Virus record (IMG/VR): IMGVR_UViG_3300010429_002123
DNA length: 64,000 nucleotides
Reading direction: 5' to 3' (one strand)
DNA from: a virus
Taxonomy: Duplodnaviria > Caudoviricetes
The translations under genes and the position numbers were made by a program. The stretch's first letter is position 1, and every line of letters starts with the position of its first letter. Of this stretch, positions 1-9,864 are shown one piece after another. Under the pieces are notes generated by a model. It saw only the letters and a program-made list of their open reading frames with translations, was not told the origin of the DNA and searched no databases.

Positions 1-140
1 GAAAAAGAGGCGAGAGAAGAAAAACTTAGGGAACTGCAGGAGGAAAGAGCCAAAAGAAACACCATACGAAGAGAAAAAAAGTTATTGACCTACCTTGCCA
101 ATAAATACGGAATGGAAGAAAAAGACTTAATGTAAGAGGG

Positions 141-1055
141 GTGAGAAGAATGTTAGAGTTTTTAGTTGTGGATAACAAAGGGAAGTTTTATATTACAATA
201 CTGGACAAAGACAATTATGAGGAACGTATGAGCAATCTGCTCATCAACGGGCACCCCCCGGAGAAGACTTATAAAGAAGACTGGTATAAAATTAATAATT
301 TCCCGGAGTATGTGATGAAAAGAACCCCTGATAAGACAGTGCAGACTTTCTGGGAGTTAAAACCTGCCTACGCTACAAATACCTCTTTTCCTCAGACTGT
401 CTACTCTGAGGAGGACTTTGCCGAAGAACTTCTTGATGCGTGTTATGACATTAAACGGGTAGTTATTCCCGGCGAATACGTGGGGGTAGAGTTTACTGTA
501 AAAGAAACAATATTTGTAGACGGGGAGTTTAATGTGCAAAAAGCAAGAGGCAACTATCAGCACCACCTGATTGACCAGATACAGACCCACTCAGATTTGC
601 TCTATTTAAAAAAGTGCTTTATATCCCAGGAGGAGAGCTTTAAACGCATAACAAAATACTTCAAAGAGAACTTAGACTTTAAACAATGTGATGCTCTCTT
701 TTACGAAGCCTCCCTGTCAATTGTGGTTAGAAAAAAGCTATACTATTACTTGCCCGTTGAGTTCCGAGTCACGAGAAAAAAGGGAAGGAAATACAAGACA
801 GAATTGCAAATAAAAGACCACGAAGTTCGTGAGGTCTTTAGACTGGAAAAGGGAAACCTTTTCTCTTTCACGGGAGAAAACGAAGAGGACTTAGAAAAAA
901 ATATCAAGAATTATTGCAAAGAGATTGTGGACTTCTTAAATACCCCGGCGGAAGTCTGCACAAGTTGTGACGGTGTGGGTTACAGACTAAAAAAGATAAC
1001 CCCCGAAGGCAAGCAGGAAGACATAGTAAGAAATCATGACGTGTTTTATCATTAG
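141..1055 (+). CDS. hypothetical protein with C-terminal CxxCxGxG motif
   Basis: 304-aa ORF with GAGGGG RBS; CTSCDGVG near the C-terminus. Confidence 0.6.
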   Translation: MRRMLEFLVVDNKGKFYITILDKDNYEERMSNLLINGHPPEKTYKEDWYKINNFPEYVMKRTPDKTVQTFWELKPAYATNTSFPQTVYSEEDFAEELLDACYDIKRVVIPGEYVGVEFTVKETIFVDGEFNVQKARGNYQHHLIDQIQTHSDLLYLKKCFISQEESFKRITKYFKENLDFKQCDALFYEASLSIVVRKKLYYYLPVEFRVTRKKGRKYKTELQIKDHEVREVFRLEKGNLFSFTGENEEDLEKNIKNYCKEIVDFLNTPAEVCTSCDGVGYRLKKITPEGKQEDIVRNHDVFYH

Positions 1056-1072
1056 ACCATAAGAAAAGGAGC

Positions 1073-1846
1073 TTGGCTATGAAAAAAGATGCTATAGGAA
1101 CCCGAATGAAAGAAAACTATGAAGAAAGGTATAGGTTCAAATTACTCAGAAGAACCCCTGTCATTCTTCGACTTGACGGGAATGCCTTCCATACCCTCTT
1201 GAGAAAAAGTGTGAAACCCTTTGACGAGGGCTTTTCTCTGGTGATGGAAAAAACAGCTCACACTTTATGCCAGAAAATTCAAGGAGTAAAATGCTGTTAC
1301 GTACAGTCAGATGAGATGTCTTTTCTTCTGACTGATTATGACCGGTTAGAGACTTCGGCGTGGTTTGATTATAACGTCCAGAAGATGGTAAGCATTTCAT
1401 CAGGTATGGCCTCGGTTACGTTTTCTGCCCTGTTTGACAGGCCAGCAGTATTTGACGCCAGAGTTTTTAATCTTCCGAAAGAGGAGGTTAATAATTATTT
1501 TGTCTGGAGACAGAAAGATTGGATAAGAAACTCTATCTCTATGCTAGCCCGTGCTCATTACTCTGATAAACAGGTCTTTAAAAAGGGAAAAAAGGAACTT
1601 CTCGACATGCTGGGTGAAAAGAACATTCACTGGGAACTTCTCCTCGACCGGTGGAAGTATGGCGTGTTCGTAGAGAGAAAATCTTCTGTAGACCCCCTTA
1701 CGGGCTCTCCAGGAAGCCACTGGGAAACGCTTACACTTTGCCCTATTTTTACGGACAAGAAGGAGACTTTAGAAAAGTATCTTTCAGAAAAACCAGAGAA
1801 AGGAGAGGGTAGCAACCTACCTGAAAACCCAGATGAACATAACTGA
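1073..1846 (+). CDS. tRNA(His) guanylyltransferase Thg1-like protein (3'-5' polymerase)
   Basis: RLDGNAFH, YVQSDEMS, FDARVF and YFVWRQKD motifs of Thg1/TLP. Confidence 0.9.
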   Translation: MAMKKDAIGTRMKENYEERYRFKLLRRTPVILRLDGNAFHTLLRKSVKPFDEGFSLVMEKTAHTLCQKIQGVKCCYVQSDEMSFLLTDYDRLETSAWFDYNVQKMVSISSGMASVTFSALFDRPAVFDARVFNLPKEEVNNYFVWRQKDWIRNSISMLARAHYSDKQVFKKGKKELLDMLGEKNIHWELLLDRWKYGVFVERKSSVDPLTGSPGSHWETLTLCPIFTDKKETLEKYLSEKPEKGEGSNLPENPDEHN

Positions 1847-2423
1847 AATCGTAGCATATCAATGCGGGGTATGTAAAAACGGATTTGTTGTCAGGGCTGT
1901 GGCTGAAGAGTGCTGTAAAGAAAAACCTAAACCTTCCTGTCAACTTTGTGGTACGGAGGACGTGAGGCCACATTACTACATGTGTGACTCCTGTTCGGAA
2001 AAAAGAAGGTATGAAAAGTCAAAGAAAGTGTTTTTAAGGGATTACAAAGAAGAGTGCTTTTATGACGACAGAGCAGACAGATATTTTAAAGACATCGAAG
2101 ATTTTCTGGATTATTATGAATCAGAGGAGACGAAAACTCTTCCCGAATACTGCCTGGGTTGTGACAGAATTGACTTTGTCGTGGACATTGACCACGCATT
2201 AGAATCCGCCGAGGAGGAGATGGGAGAGGACTTTGATGACAGAGCACTTGTAGACAGGGAGGAACTAGAAAAGTTCGTTTCTTCCTGGAATGAGAAACAA
2301 ACAGCCCGTGCCTATTCTGTAAACTATAAAACAACAGTAATCCTTTCCGATGAACCTCTGTGGAAGGATTGGCAGAAGCAGTTGCAAAAAAGAAAGGAAC
2401 AGGGGCATGAGGAGAGACACTGA
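1833..2423 (+). CDS. hypothetical Cys-rich phage protein
   Basis: 196-aa ORF overlapping neighbours; several CxxC motifs. Confidence 0.6.
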   Translation: MNITEIVAYQCGVCKNGFVVRAVAEECCKEKPKPSCQLCGTEDVRPHYYMCDSCSEKRRYEKSKKVFLRDYKEECFYDDRADRYFKDIEDFLDYYESEETKTLPEYCLGCDRIDFVVDIDHALESAEEEMGEDFDDRALVDREELEKFVSSWNEKQTARAYSVNYKTTVILSDEPLWKDWQKQLQKRKEQGHEERH

Positions 2424-2821
2424 CGACGATTACTGTTTTGCCTGTGGCAGGTTTCTGGCACAACCCAACCCATTTAAAGGCGATTCCCAGAGGTGCTTTT
2501 CCTGTGGGGCGTTCGGAAAGACCGGAGGGGTATTCGGCTCAGTCTACGACCTTGAGGACACCCTCAGGTACTTAAGTCTGGAGGGAATTGAGAAAGTAAC
2601 TGTGCGTGATTACACCATAGATTACATGGAGTGGCGTAAACTTCTTCAGTATCAAAAGTATAGGCTGAGAAAAGGGGACATCATATGGGGACGCGGTATA
2701 GCAAGACCCTTCTCTCTGGTAATAGAAGAGGATTTGCCGGAACCGAAGGTGCCCTTACTTTACAGTGTGGAAGTAACTGAGTTAGAAAAAGGAACCTCTT
2801 CATCACAGTAAAGAAGGCGGT

Positions 2822-2860
2822 AAAAAGACCCGGTCTAAGCCCTGCTCTGACTGGGTCTTT
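2822..2860. terminator. bidirectional intrinsic terminator
   Basis: AAAAGACCCGGTC...GACTGGGTCTTTT hairpin with A and T tails. Confidence 0.7.
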
Positions 2861-3246
2861 ATTATTAGCAAAAGTAAGTTTAAAAATCCTGTGTTATAGA
2901 GAGTAAAAAGTCCTTCGAAAAGCCTTATACAGCAATCGTATTCACTCTAAATACAAATAAGTTCCAAAATACTGAACCGCAATAGTCCCGTTTTCGGAAA
3001 AAATGTCCTAAACAGTAAAATCGGTATTATTCGTAAAATCGGAAAAGCTCTTCTTGAGTAAGCATAGGCGATACCATACACAGTGTTCGCACTGTGTTTC
3101 CTGTGCCGATGAAAATCGGCGGCGTACCCATCTCGCTCTCGCTCGAACACGTTAGTGTGAGAGGGGGTAGGGGGAGAGCGAGAGAGTTACTCTCATCTTG
3201 TTAAGGGTTTCTGGTTAAATTGCTCTTGTTACATGATTCTAGTTCA

Positions 3247-3358
3247 TCTACTCCACAAGTAGAACCCTTTCTACTCCACAAGTAGAACCCTTTCTACTCC
3301 ACAAGTAGAACCCTTTCTACTCCACAAGTAGAACCCTTTCTACTCCACAAGTAGAACC
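3247..3358. repeat. five tandem 23-bp repeats (TCTACTCCACAAGTAGAACCCTT), candidate origin iterons
   Basis: Units start at 3247, 3270, 3293, 3316 and 3339; internal inverted repeat TCTACT/AGTAGA; non-coding, upstream of two HTH genes. Confidence 0.85.
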
Positions 3359-3416
3359 TCCTATTTATGCGGATTGCAGAGAAAAATGAAAATATAAAAA
3401 TTTAGTAGTGTGGCTA

Positions 3417-3445
3417 TTGACAAGGGAATGAATTACTGTTATACT
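3417..3445 (+). promoter_or_regulatory. sigma70/sigmaA-type promoter
   Basis: TTGACA-17-TATACT with TG extension. Confidence 0.8.
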
Positions 3446-3475
3446 TTTTGCACAAGGAGTCTTTTTTGGGGTAAT

Positions 3476-3521
3476 GAAAAAGGCATCTCTTTGGCGAGAA
3501 TGCCCTCTTTGTAATAGTTTA
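3476..3521 (-). ncRNA. putative ~45-nt antisense (counter-transcribed) RNA in the leader of the HTH/initiator operon
   Basis: Minus-strand promoter at 3528-3556; minus-strand terminator GGCATTCTCGCCAAAGAGATGCCTTTTT. Confidence 0.6.
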
Positions 3522-3527
3522 AGAGTA

Positions 3528-3556
3528 ATTATAGCAGGTTATATCTCGTATGTAAA
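3528..3556 (-). promoter_or_regulatory. antisense promoter
   Basis: Minus strand TTTACA-17-TATAAT with TG extension. Confidence 0.75.
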
Positions 3557-3575
3557 TAAAGAAAGGAAAAGCAAC

Positions 3576-3935
3576 ATGGTAAATAGCCCTATTTTTCACG
3601 GGATTCTACTCTCCCCTTCGTTTCTTTCTTCTCAAAATCTTTTGAGGGGAGCAGAACTAAAAGTTCTTCTAAGCATTCTTGAAACCTATGAATTTGCAGA
3701 AAAACTTTCCAGGATTGATTGCCGAGAGATAGGCCAACGAACAGGCTTCACCTTAAGGACGGTGATGAAAACCTTAAACTCTTTGGAGAACAAGGAGATT
3801 TTAACAATCCAGAGGGAGAAGGGAAAAGTAAACACTTATTCCTTTTCTCCTGGTTTTATATCACCCTTTGACGGGGAAGGAGGAGAGAACATTGGAAAAG
3901 TGGAAAAAATTTCTTGTTCCCTCGTCTCTTCTTGA
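3576..3935 (+). CDS. winged-HTH protein (initiator-like)
   Basis: ELKVLLSIL...REIGQRTGFTLRTVMKTLNSLENKEIL...GKVNTY; ATG 3576 follows AAGGA. Confidence 0.7.
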   Translation: MVNSPIFHGILLSPSFLSSQNLLRGAELKVLLSILETYEFAEKLSRIDCREIGQRTGFTLRTVMKTLNSLENKEILTIQREKGKVNTYSFSPGFISPFDGEGGENIGKVEKISCSLVSS

Positions 3936-4572
3936 GCGGGGTGAAAACCTCTCGGACGCTGAAGTTAGAGTGTTACTATCTCTTTTCTTTCATAGGAACT
4001 TGCAGAGTAACTGTTCTTACCCCGGTTATAAGCTAATACAGGAAGAAACAGGTAAAAGTCACTCCATGATACGGAAAGTAATCAGTTCACTTGAGCGAAA
4101 GGGAAAAATAAAAACGGAGAAAAAGAGAAGTAAAAACGGGTGGCACAATGTCTATGAGTTTGTGTGTGAGCAATGGGTTCAGGACTTAGAAGAAGCAGAA
4201 TACGAGGGGAAGAATGCGGTGGAGGACGAGAAGTCCGAAAAGCCCAAAGTGAGAACAAAAAACCGGGAGATACCTGAAGGCGAAAAGAGACCGGGCAAAG
4301 ACTATCCCCCCTTTGAGCCGTGGGAAGTAATTGAGTTTAAAAAGACTTTAAGGGCTACTCTAGAGAGAGCAGGAAATCATCGGAATATTGAGGATTGTTT
4401 CTCTCTTCTCTACCCGGACTTTCTGAAAGTGTTGGAGGGACTAAGAAAAGTAGGCAAACCAGTCGGAAATAGATATAGATATTTCCTGACGTTTCTAGAG
4501 AAAGACGACGTTATTACTCGTATTGAGGGACTGAAGGAAAAAAGGACAATAACGAATCTCGATGAGTTTTAA
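3868..4572 (+). CDS. phage replication-initiator-like wHTH protein
   Basis: LSDAEVRVLLSL...SYPGYKLIQEETGKSHSMIRKVISSLERKGKI...NVY; likely TTG start 3892 after AGGAGG. Confidence 0.75.
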   Translation: MTGKEERTLEKWKKFLVPSSLLERGENLSDAEVRVLLSLFFHRNLQSNCSYPGYKLIQEETGKSHSMIRKVISSLERKGKIKTEKKRSKNGWHNVYEFVCEQWVQDLEEAEYEGKNAVEDEKSEKPKVRTKNREIPEGEKRPGKDYPPFEPWEVIEFKKTLRATLERAGNHRNIEDCFSLLYPDFLKVLEGLRKVGKPVGNRYRYFLTFLEKDDVITRIEGLKEKRTITNLDEF

Positions 4573-4695
4573 AAACCCTGGGAGACACATGGGGCTTCAT
4601 ATACTCTCCCATAAAAAATGTGGGAGTGAAAGAAACAAGGCTTGAAAACGAGAAGAGACACCTGGGCAGGAGTCTCAAAAAAAATCTATGCTCTT

Positions 4696-4724
4696 ATTAT
4701 AGCAGAGAAACTCCTGACTGTAAA
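4696..4724 (-). promoter_or_regulatory. minus-strand promoter facing the initiator genes
   Basis: Minus strand TTTACA-17-TATAAT with TG extension. Confidence 0.7.
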
Positions 4725-4821
4725 GATATATTTTAAAGTTGGGAGGAGTGCTTTAATGAACAAGTAAAAAACCCTGATGTATTTTAGTTCTCTATCTGTT
4801 AACTCTTTTGTAAAAAAAGTA

Positions 4822-4850
4822 TTGACAAGTTATTTTCTCTGTGCTATACT
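4822..4850 (+). promoter_or_regulatory. strong early promoter
   Basis: TTGACA-17-TATACT with A/T UP tract. Confidence 0.85.
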
Positions 4851-4887
4851 CTATTAAGAAAGAACGAAAAAGAACGGAGGAAAAAAT

Positions 4888-5406
4888 ATGTATCAGATAA
4901 GCAGAGAGGACTTAGTCGAAAAACTTATGACAGGAGAGGTCACTGAGTTTTTCTTAGCACCAAGACTATCAGGTCTTTGCGACCCCAACACAGAGAAAGT
5001 CGCCCAGGATATAATTGGTCAGTGGAAAAAGTCCTGTGGGTTAGCAGAGGGACTCAAAAGTTTCATAAAAAACTATGAGTATCGCCACTGCAATACTTAC
5101 AGTGGAATGACAGCCTGTTTGTACGTAGACGAGCAGGGAGAGAAAGAAGTAACCCCGAAAGTCTACATACAGCCCGAAAAGACTGAAGAGCCTCCCACGG
5201 CTATGCAAAAAGCCGAAAAACACTATATCTTTATAGGAAAGGTTCAGGACAAGATATGGAAGTTGAAGAGTCTGAAAAACTCTAATATTATGTCTTTCGA
5301 CGAAACATATGCTCTGGAACTTCTGACAGAAGATTTCCTCCCACTGTTTTACGAGGATGAGAGCAGAGCTATAAAAGCTGTGTTAGACAGGTTCGTCATC
5401 AGATAG
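4888..5406 (+). CDS. hypothetical protein (N-terminus paralogous to 6358-6618)
   Basis: GGAGG RBS; shared RE.L..KL..GEV..F...P and Y..CN...G motifs. Confidence 0.65.
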   Translation: MYQISREDLVEKLMTGEVTEFFLAPRLSGLCDPNTEKVAQDIIGQWKKSCGLAEGLKSFIKNYEYRHCNTYSGMTACLYVDEQGEKEVTPKVYIQPEKTEEPPTAMQKAEKHYIFIGKVQDKIWKLKSLKNSNIMSFDETYALELLTEDFLPLFYEDESRAIKAVLDRFVIR

Positions 5407-5425
5407 CTCTTTTTTACAAAAAGAA

Positions 5426-5454
5426 TTGACAAGTTACGTTGTCCGTGCTATAAT
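5426..5454 (+). promoter_or_regulatory. strong early promoter
   Basis: TTGACA-17-TATAAT. Confidence 0.85.
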
Positions 5455-5518
5455 ACAAAATGTGAAAGAACTCAATTGTCCAGACACTGTCTGGATAATT
5501 TAAAAAGGAGAAAAGATT

Positions 5519-6364
5519 ATGATTAAGTTACTGTATAGTACCGAAAAAACTAACTCTTTCAGGCCAACCCCCTGGAAGATTACCCTCAGCCCGTTCAAGG
5601 CTTACAGAGGAGACAGTCATACCTATTCTGCTTTCCTGGCCGTAGGTTCTGCTTATGAGTTTAATCCGGTGGAAACTTCGGGAGAAGGCTTTCTCTTCGA
5701 CAGAAGCGACTATTCTTTCCAGAATACTATTCTTGACACTCAGTTCTCGAAGATAATAGAGACAAAAGCTAAAAAGACTCTTCTGGTTGTTCCCTGCTCG
5801 GAAAACGAAAATGAAAGAATTGTGCTCCTTACACTGAGAGGAGACTTCCGTGGCTCTTATAACCACTCTCCCTTTGATGAGACTAAAAATAAACATGGCT
5901 ACTATCTTTACGGCTGTGAAATTCTTTACTCCATGTCTGGAAGTAAGCATTGTTGTCCTACGGCTCACATGGTTTTGAGGTTCACTCTCCCAAACGGTTT
6001 TTTTGCAATTCATAACAGAGGAAGAAGGCTCGATGTTTATGAAAAAGTTTCCTGGGAAAAAGGTATTGAACTTATCGAGACCGAAGAGTTCAAGTTCTGG
6101 TATCACGAAGTGTTCTCTAAAGAGACGAATGAGCTCTCATTAGACAAAGTCCCTGCCATAACGGAGGTTAGTTCTGACTTTTCCCAGATGTGGGAAGAAA
6201 ACTCTCGATTGGTTGGCCGTCTTGAGAAGGCCATGAAGCAACTGAGCCCGGAAGACGAGAAAGAGACAGAAAGTTTACTTGTCAAATTAAAAAGCTCTTT
6301 GAGTTCCCTGAAGAAACTTATGGAAGAACAGAATGAGGAAAGGATTAAGGTGAATATATGTTAA
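5519..6364 (+). CDS. hypothetical protein with C-terminal coiled coil
   Basis: 281-aa ORF, AAGGAG RBS. Confidence 0.6.
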   Translation: MIKLLYSTEKTNSFRPTPWKITLSPFKAYRGDSHTYSAFLAVGSAYEFNPVETSGEGFLFDRSDYSFQNTILDTQFSKIIETKAKKTLLVVPCSENENERIVLLTLRGDFRGSYNHSPFDETKNKHGYYLYGCEILYSMSGSKHCCPTAHMVLRFTLPNGFFAIHNRGRRLDVYEKVSWEKGIELIETEEFKFWYHEVFSKETNELSLDKVPAITEVSSDFSQMWEENSRLVGRLEKAMKQLSPEDEKETESLLVKLKSSLSSLKKLMEEQNEERIKVNIC

Positions 6365-6618
6365 TAAAATTACGAGAAAACTCTTTGTTAAAAAAGCTGA
6401 AAAAGGGAGAAGTAAACTCTTTTATAGTGTGCCCCGGTAAGTGTAGCCCACGCTCGGAGTTTTCGGCTACCCAGACTTCCGAGGAGTTACAAAAAGACGG
6501 ACGTCTTGAAGACAACTTTAAAAATCTTGTGAATTCTTTTTTCTATTATTCCTGCAATGACGAGCTTGGAAATAACTTGCATTTTTTTGTGGAAAAGCCT
6601 GACGAAAAAGGGGGATAA
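6358..6618 (+). CDS. hypothetical protein
   Basis: Paralog of the 4888-5406 N-terminus. Confidence 0.6.
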   Translation: MLIKLRENSLLKKLKKGEVNSFIVCPGKCSPRSEFSATQTSEELQKDGRLEDNFKNLVNSFFYYSCNDELGNNLHFFVEKPDEKGG

Positions 6619-6620
6619 AA

Positions 6621-7265
6621 ATGAGTCTCGAAGATTACGCCGAAATGACGGGAAAACCTATAGACTCTGAGGGTAACCTTTACAAAGAGTGGATTAGATA
6701 CTCTTTAGAGGACGGTTGTGTGTCAGACCCTGTGCTGAGCGAATACAGGTGGGCTTCAGAAGACCCCTACAGCCCTTCAAGAAGAAGATATTATAGGCGT
6801 TTATTGCACAGAGAACTGGCCAAACAAAAACATCATCGGTATTCTTTATGGGCTAAAGAGTGGAATAAGAGCCTTCCCTTCAATTTCTATTTCCATAACG
6901 GTCTTTACCGAGTAGGTCTGGATATTCTTTCGGAAAATAACATAGGTGTCCCCGGCAAAGACATAAGATGCTCAACGACACACACTTTTGTTCAGGTTAT
7001 GCTCTTCTGGGCGTTGTGGGACATCCCCTTTTACACCATAAATGTGGAAAGTAAAAGTTTTTCCGAGAAGTACACATTACGTTCTACAGACATTTATTCT
7101 TATTTTAGCAACCGTGCGGAGACAGGGACAGAAAAAGGAACTGTTAACCTTAGACTCCTGGCCTACAAAGGTGACATTGAGATAAGAGACCCTTACTTTT
7201 TTAAGGAGATATTTCCCGAACTTAAACTCACCTCTTTGCAGTTGCAAGAAAAAGAAAAAATCTAA
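6621..7265 (+). CDS. hypothetical protein, paralog of 32102-32800
   Basis: Shared LY..W.R, PFY..N...K.F..Y and IE..DP.FF...FP.L blocks. Confidence 0.65.
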   Translation: MSLEDYAEMTGKPIDSEGNLYKEWIRYSLEDGCVSDPVLSEYRWASEDPYSPSRRRYYRRLLHRELAKQKHHRYSLWAKEWNKSLPFNFYFHNGLYRVGLDILSENNIGVPGKDIRCSTTHTFVQVMLFWALWDIPFYTINVESKSFSEKYTLRSTDIYSYFSNRAETGTEKGTVNLRLLAYKGDIEIRDPYFFKEIFPELKLTSLQLQEKEKI

Positions 7266-7678
7266 CCAGAAGAAAAAAATATCTTTTCGCAAAGGCGAAA
7301 TGAAGGTTAAAAATTATGCTGGGCTTTTTAAAAGAACTTTTTTCAGACATAGCGGGTGCTTCAGATACTACTTGTTACCCCCGGCAGAAAAGGGTTTCTG
7401 GTAACAGTAATTACTACGAATACATTTTTGACGGAGACCCTAAAAACTGTAACATAATGAAGTTAAGAGAAGTCCTTAATGGTTGTATCCCTATTTATAA
7501 CACCTATCCCGAAACCTTCAGGACAAAAGAAGAGTTTGATAATGCTTACTCTATAGCAATAAAGCAATACAGGCAAAGGGAAAGGTACCATCAGGAAAAA
7601 AGAGAGGCCGAAAGAAACATCAAGGACTGGCAAAAAGAAGCGGAAAAAAGGCATAATGTTGAGTAGGAGAGGATAACT

Positions 7679-8317
7679 ATGAGTAAGAATGAGTATAATC
7701 CCACATTTATATCTCCCCCCGGAGAAACCTTGCGTGAGGCTTTAAAAGAGAGAGAAATAACCCAGGCAGACCTGGAAAAAACTCTGAACCTCGATTTCCA
7801 CACCGTGGAAGGGCTGTTGCAAGGGGTTATCCCCCTGACAGAAGAAATCTCCGCCGGACTGGAAAGTGCTACAGGTATTCCGGCGAGTTTCTGGAAGAGT
7901 TCAGAGAAAAGATACAGAGAAAACCTGAGGAAAAATAAGGAGACCCTTAGAGAAAGTGTGGCCGAGTTCTGTTTTGAGCTTCGCAAGGAACACTTCAAAT
8001 TCGCCCTTAGGAGTGTTTATCGTACAGAGTTGAAAAACTACGAACTCACCTCTGATGGGTATGATTCTGTGTGGAGAAATCACTATTATAATATATTACC
8101 AGACGAGGATTGTGACTACCTCAGAAACTTGCTGAAGGTCTCTTATAAGACTCTCTCCGAAAAGGAGAAAGAAGCGGTTAGAAAAGAATCGGACAGACTT
8201 TTAGAGAACTTGAAATCTTATGCAGAAGAAGGCTTTACTGACTCGCTCTTCCTTTTGCTGAAAAGTCTGGAACACACCCGGACAGAGAATGAAAACTTGG
8301 AGAAAAAAGATAGTTAA
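7679..8317 (+). CDS. HigA-like HTH fused to RyR-like C-terminal region
   Basis: PPGETLREALKEREITQADL...TGIPASFW; YKTLSEKEKEAVRKE. Confidence 0.7.
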   Translation: MSKNEYNPTFISPPGETLREALKEREITQADLEKTLNLDFHTVEGLLQGVIPLTEEISAGLESATGIPASFWKSSEKRYRENLRKNKETLRESVAEFCFELRKEHFKFALRSVYRTELKNYELTSDGYDSVWRNHYYNILPDEDCDYLRNLLKVSYKTLSEKEKEAVRKESDRLLENLKSYAEEGFTDSLFLLLKSLEHTRTENENLEKKDS

Positions 8318-8405
8318 CTGTTTTTACAAAAAGGCTTGACAAGTGTAACAAAGAGATGATACTATACTAACAGTAACAACAAACTTACCACAAAGGAGAT
8401 GTCCT

Positions 8406-8834
8406 ATGAACGTAAGAGAAAGATTAGCCGAACTCTGTCACGAGCAGTGGAGCGGGTGGATGGAGTATTTGTTTAGTAAATGCGTGGAAAACAAAAAGAC
8501 CACGGAAATTGCTGGAAACACCTACGATTACACCTCTCTGACCATTCCAAGCTGGGCAGTAGAACGGTGGGGAAGACAGATGAAAACCCCCTATAAAGAC
8601 CTATCGGAGGAAGAAAAAGAATCAGACAGAAAAGAAGCAGATAAAATCCTGGCTCTCGGGAAAGAAATCTTTGACGAGGATTTAAAGACTCTTGTCATGG
8701 GGACGCTCCTCGAAACCCTAAAAGAGGAGTTCCCCGAAGACTTCCTTGATGACGGGGAAGAACCCTTCTGCATAGAGGAACTCCTTATGCCGGAAATAAG
8801 TGACCTTTTAGGTGAAGAAAAACCCAAAGAATAA
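8406..8834 (+). CDS. RyR-domain-like phage protein
   Basis: LAELCHEQW...PYKDLSEEEKESDRKEA. Confidence 0.7.
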   Translation: MNVRERLAELCHEQWSGWMEYLFSKCVENKKTTEIAGNTYDYTSLTIPSWAVERWGRQMKTPYKDLSEEEKESDRKEADKILALGKEIFDEDLKTLVMGTLLETLKEEFPEDFLDDGEEPFCIEELLMPEISDLLGEEKPKE

Positions 8835-8882
8835 GGGGTAAAGACCTTTAATTCTTTAGGCACGTGTGCTATAATTTAAAGA

Positions 8883-9169
8883 ACATTGATAAAAATAAAA
8901 TAAGTGATAAATCCAGTCACTGACTCGAAGTTAAGTCTTTCTTAAGACTTTTTGAGTCAAAGGCTTAGAAAACTTTCAGTTTAGAGAGAGTGAGTAATTA
9001 AGCCAATCTAGCGGAGTTTCTAGAGAAACATGATTAGTTGGAAAGTACACGCCTTTCTAAGGAAACATATTTAGATGGAAAGGATAGAGAGTTTCCTTTG
9101 AAGAAAAGTTTCTAAAGGAACATGATTAGATGGAAAGTTTTAAAGGAGTAATTATAGTTAGGTGGAAAG
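8883..9169 (+). CRISPR. cassette 1: structured scaffold plus mini-array
   Basis: Scaffold 8883-9015; repeats 9016-9045, 9053-9082, 9108-9137, degenerate 9137-9169; spacers 7 and 25 nt; TGCTATAAT at 8867-8875. Confidence 0.85.
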
Positions 9170-9201
9170 ATAAGAAAAGGTAGGAAAAGAGGAAACAATT
9201 T

Positions 9202-9864
9202 TTGAAAGAAAGAATAAAACTTGTTCCCTGTGGGGTAGGGACGATTATTACTCTCCCACAGGAGTTAGAATCTTATTTTTTGGACTCTGCAAGGGAAGTG
9301 CGGAAAAAAGGCAAAATAAAAATTAAATTCGAGTTAACACCCCAGGCCAAAATCTTAGACATATATAACCTGCTTTATTACTACAGGTCTAAGAAGCAAC
9401 CCCTGCTTTACACTTTAACCCTTTTTGATGAGCTGTTTCTTCTGAAAATAGAAGAATGCGAGTATGGTTTTGTGTTGAGGGGGTCACCCGTAACTCTCAT
9501 TGTCCGTGGGTTACTGGGAAGAGCAGAGACATTTGATGAGAAGGAGTGTGTTATGGAAAACTTTAGAGAGTTTTTACCTAAAGACCTGACTATTCAGGAA
9601 GTAGTCAGAGAATTTCAAGGAAGATGTAACGCTGTAAGTTTCAAACTGAATAGAGAGATTCCAGGTACCATCTCTGTATTGGAAGAAAGATTTTCTGTAG
9701 AAAAAGGCTTTGGTTTAAAAAGAACTTTCTTCACGGGCAGTAATGGGGACGCTCCCCCCAAGAAAAAACCTCTTTATACGATTTCTGTCACCGTTCGGGA
9801 ACTCGCTGGAGCAGAAGGGGTTCCGATTCCTGAGATTTGCATAGAGGGACTGTCTGCCGGTTAA
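9202..9864 (+). CDS. hypothetical protein between cassettes 1 and 2
   Basis: 220-aa ORF with GAGG RBS; no certain motif. Confidence 0.6.
   Translation: MKERIKLVPCGVGTIITLPQELESYFLDSAREVRKKGKIKIKFELTPQAKILDIYNLLYYYRSKKQPLLYTLTLFDELFLLKIEECEYGFVLRGSPVTLIVRGLLGRAETFDEKECVMENFREFLPKDLTIQEVVREFQGRCNAVSFKLNREIPGTISVLEERFSVEKGFGLKRTFFTGSNGDAPPKKKPLYTISVTVRELAGAEGVPIPEICIEGLSAG

Noticed and set aside
3247-3358. 23-bp repeats resemble the Cas12a repeat stem (TTCTAC...GTAGA)
   Set aside because: Identical head-to-tail units with no spacers; position beside initiator-like genes favours iterons.
9202-9864. Possible Cas6 (contains GFG)
   Set aside because: Lacks the C-terminal GhGxxxxxGhG loop.
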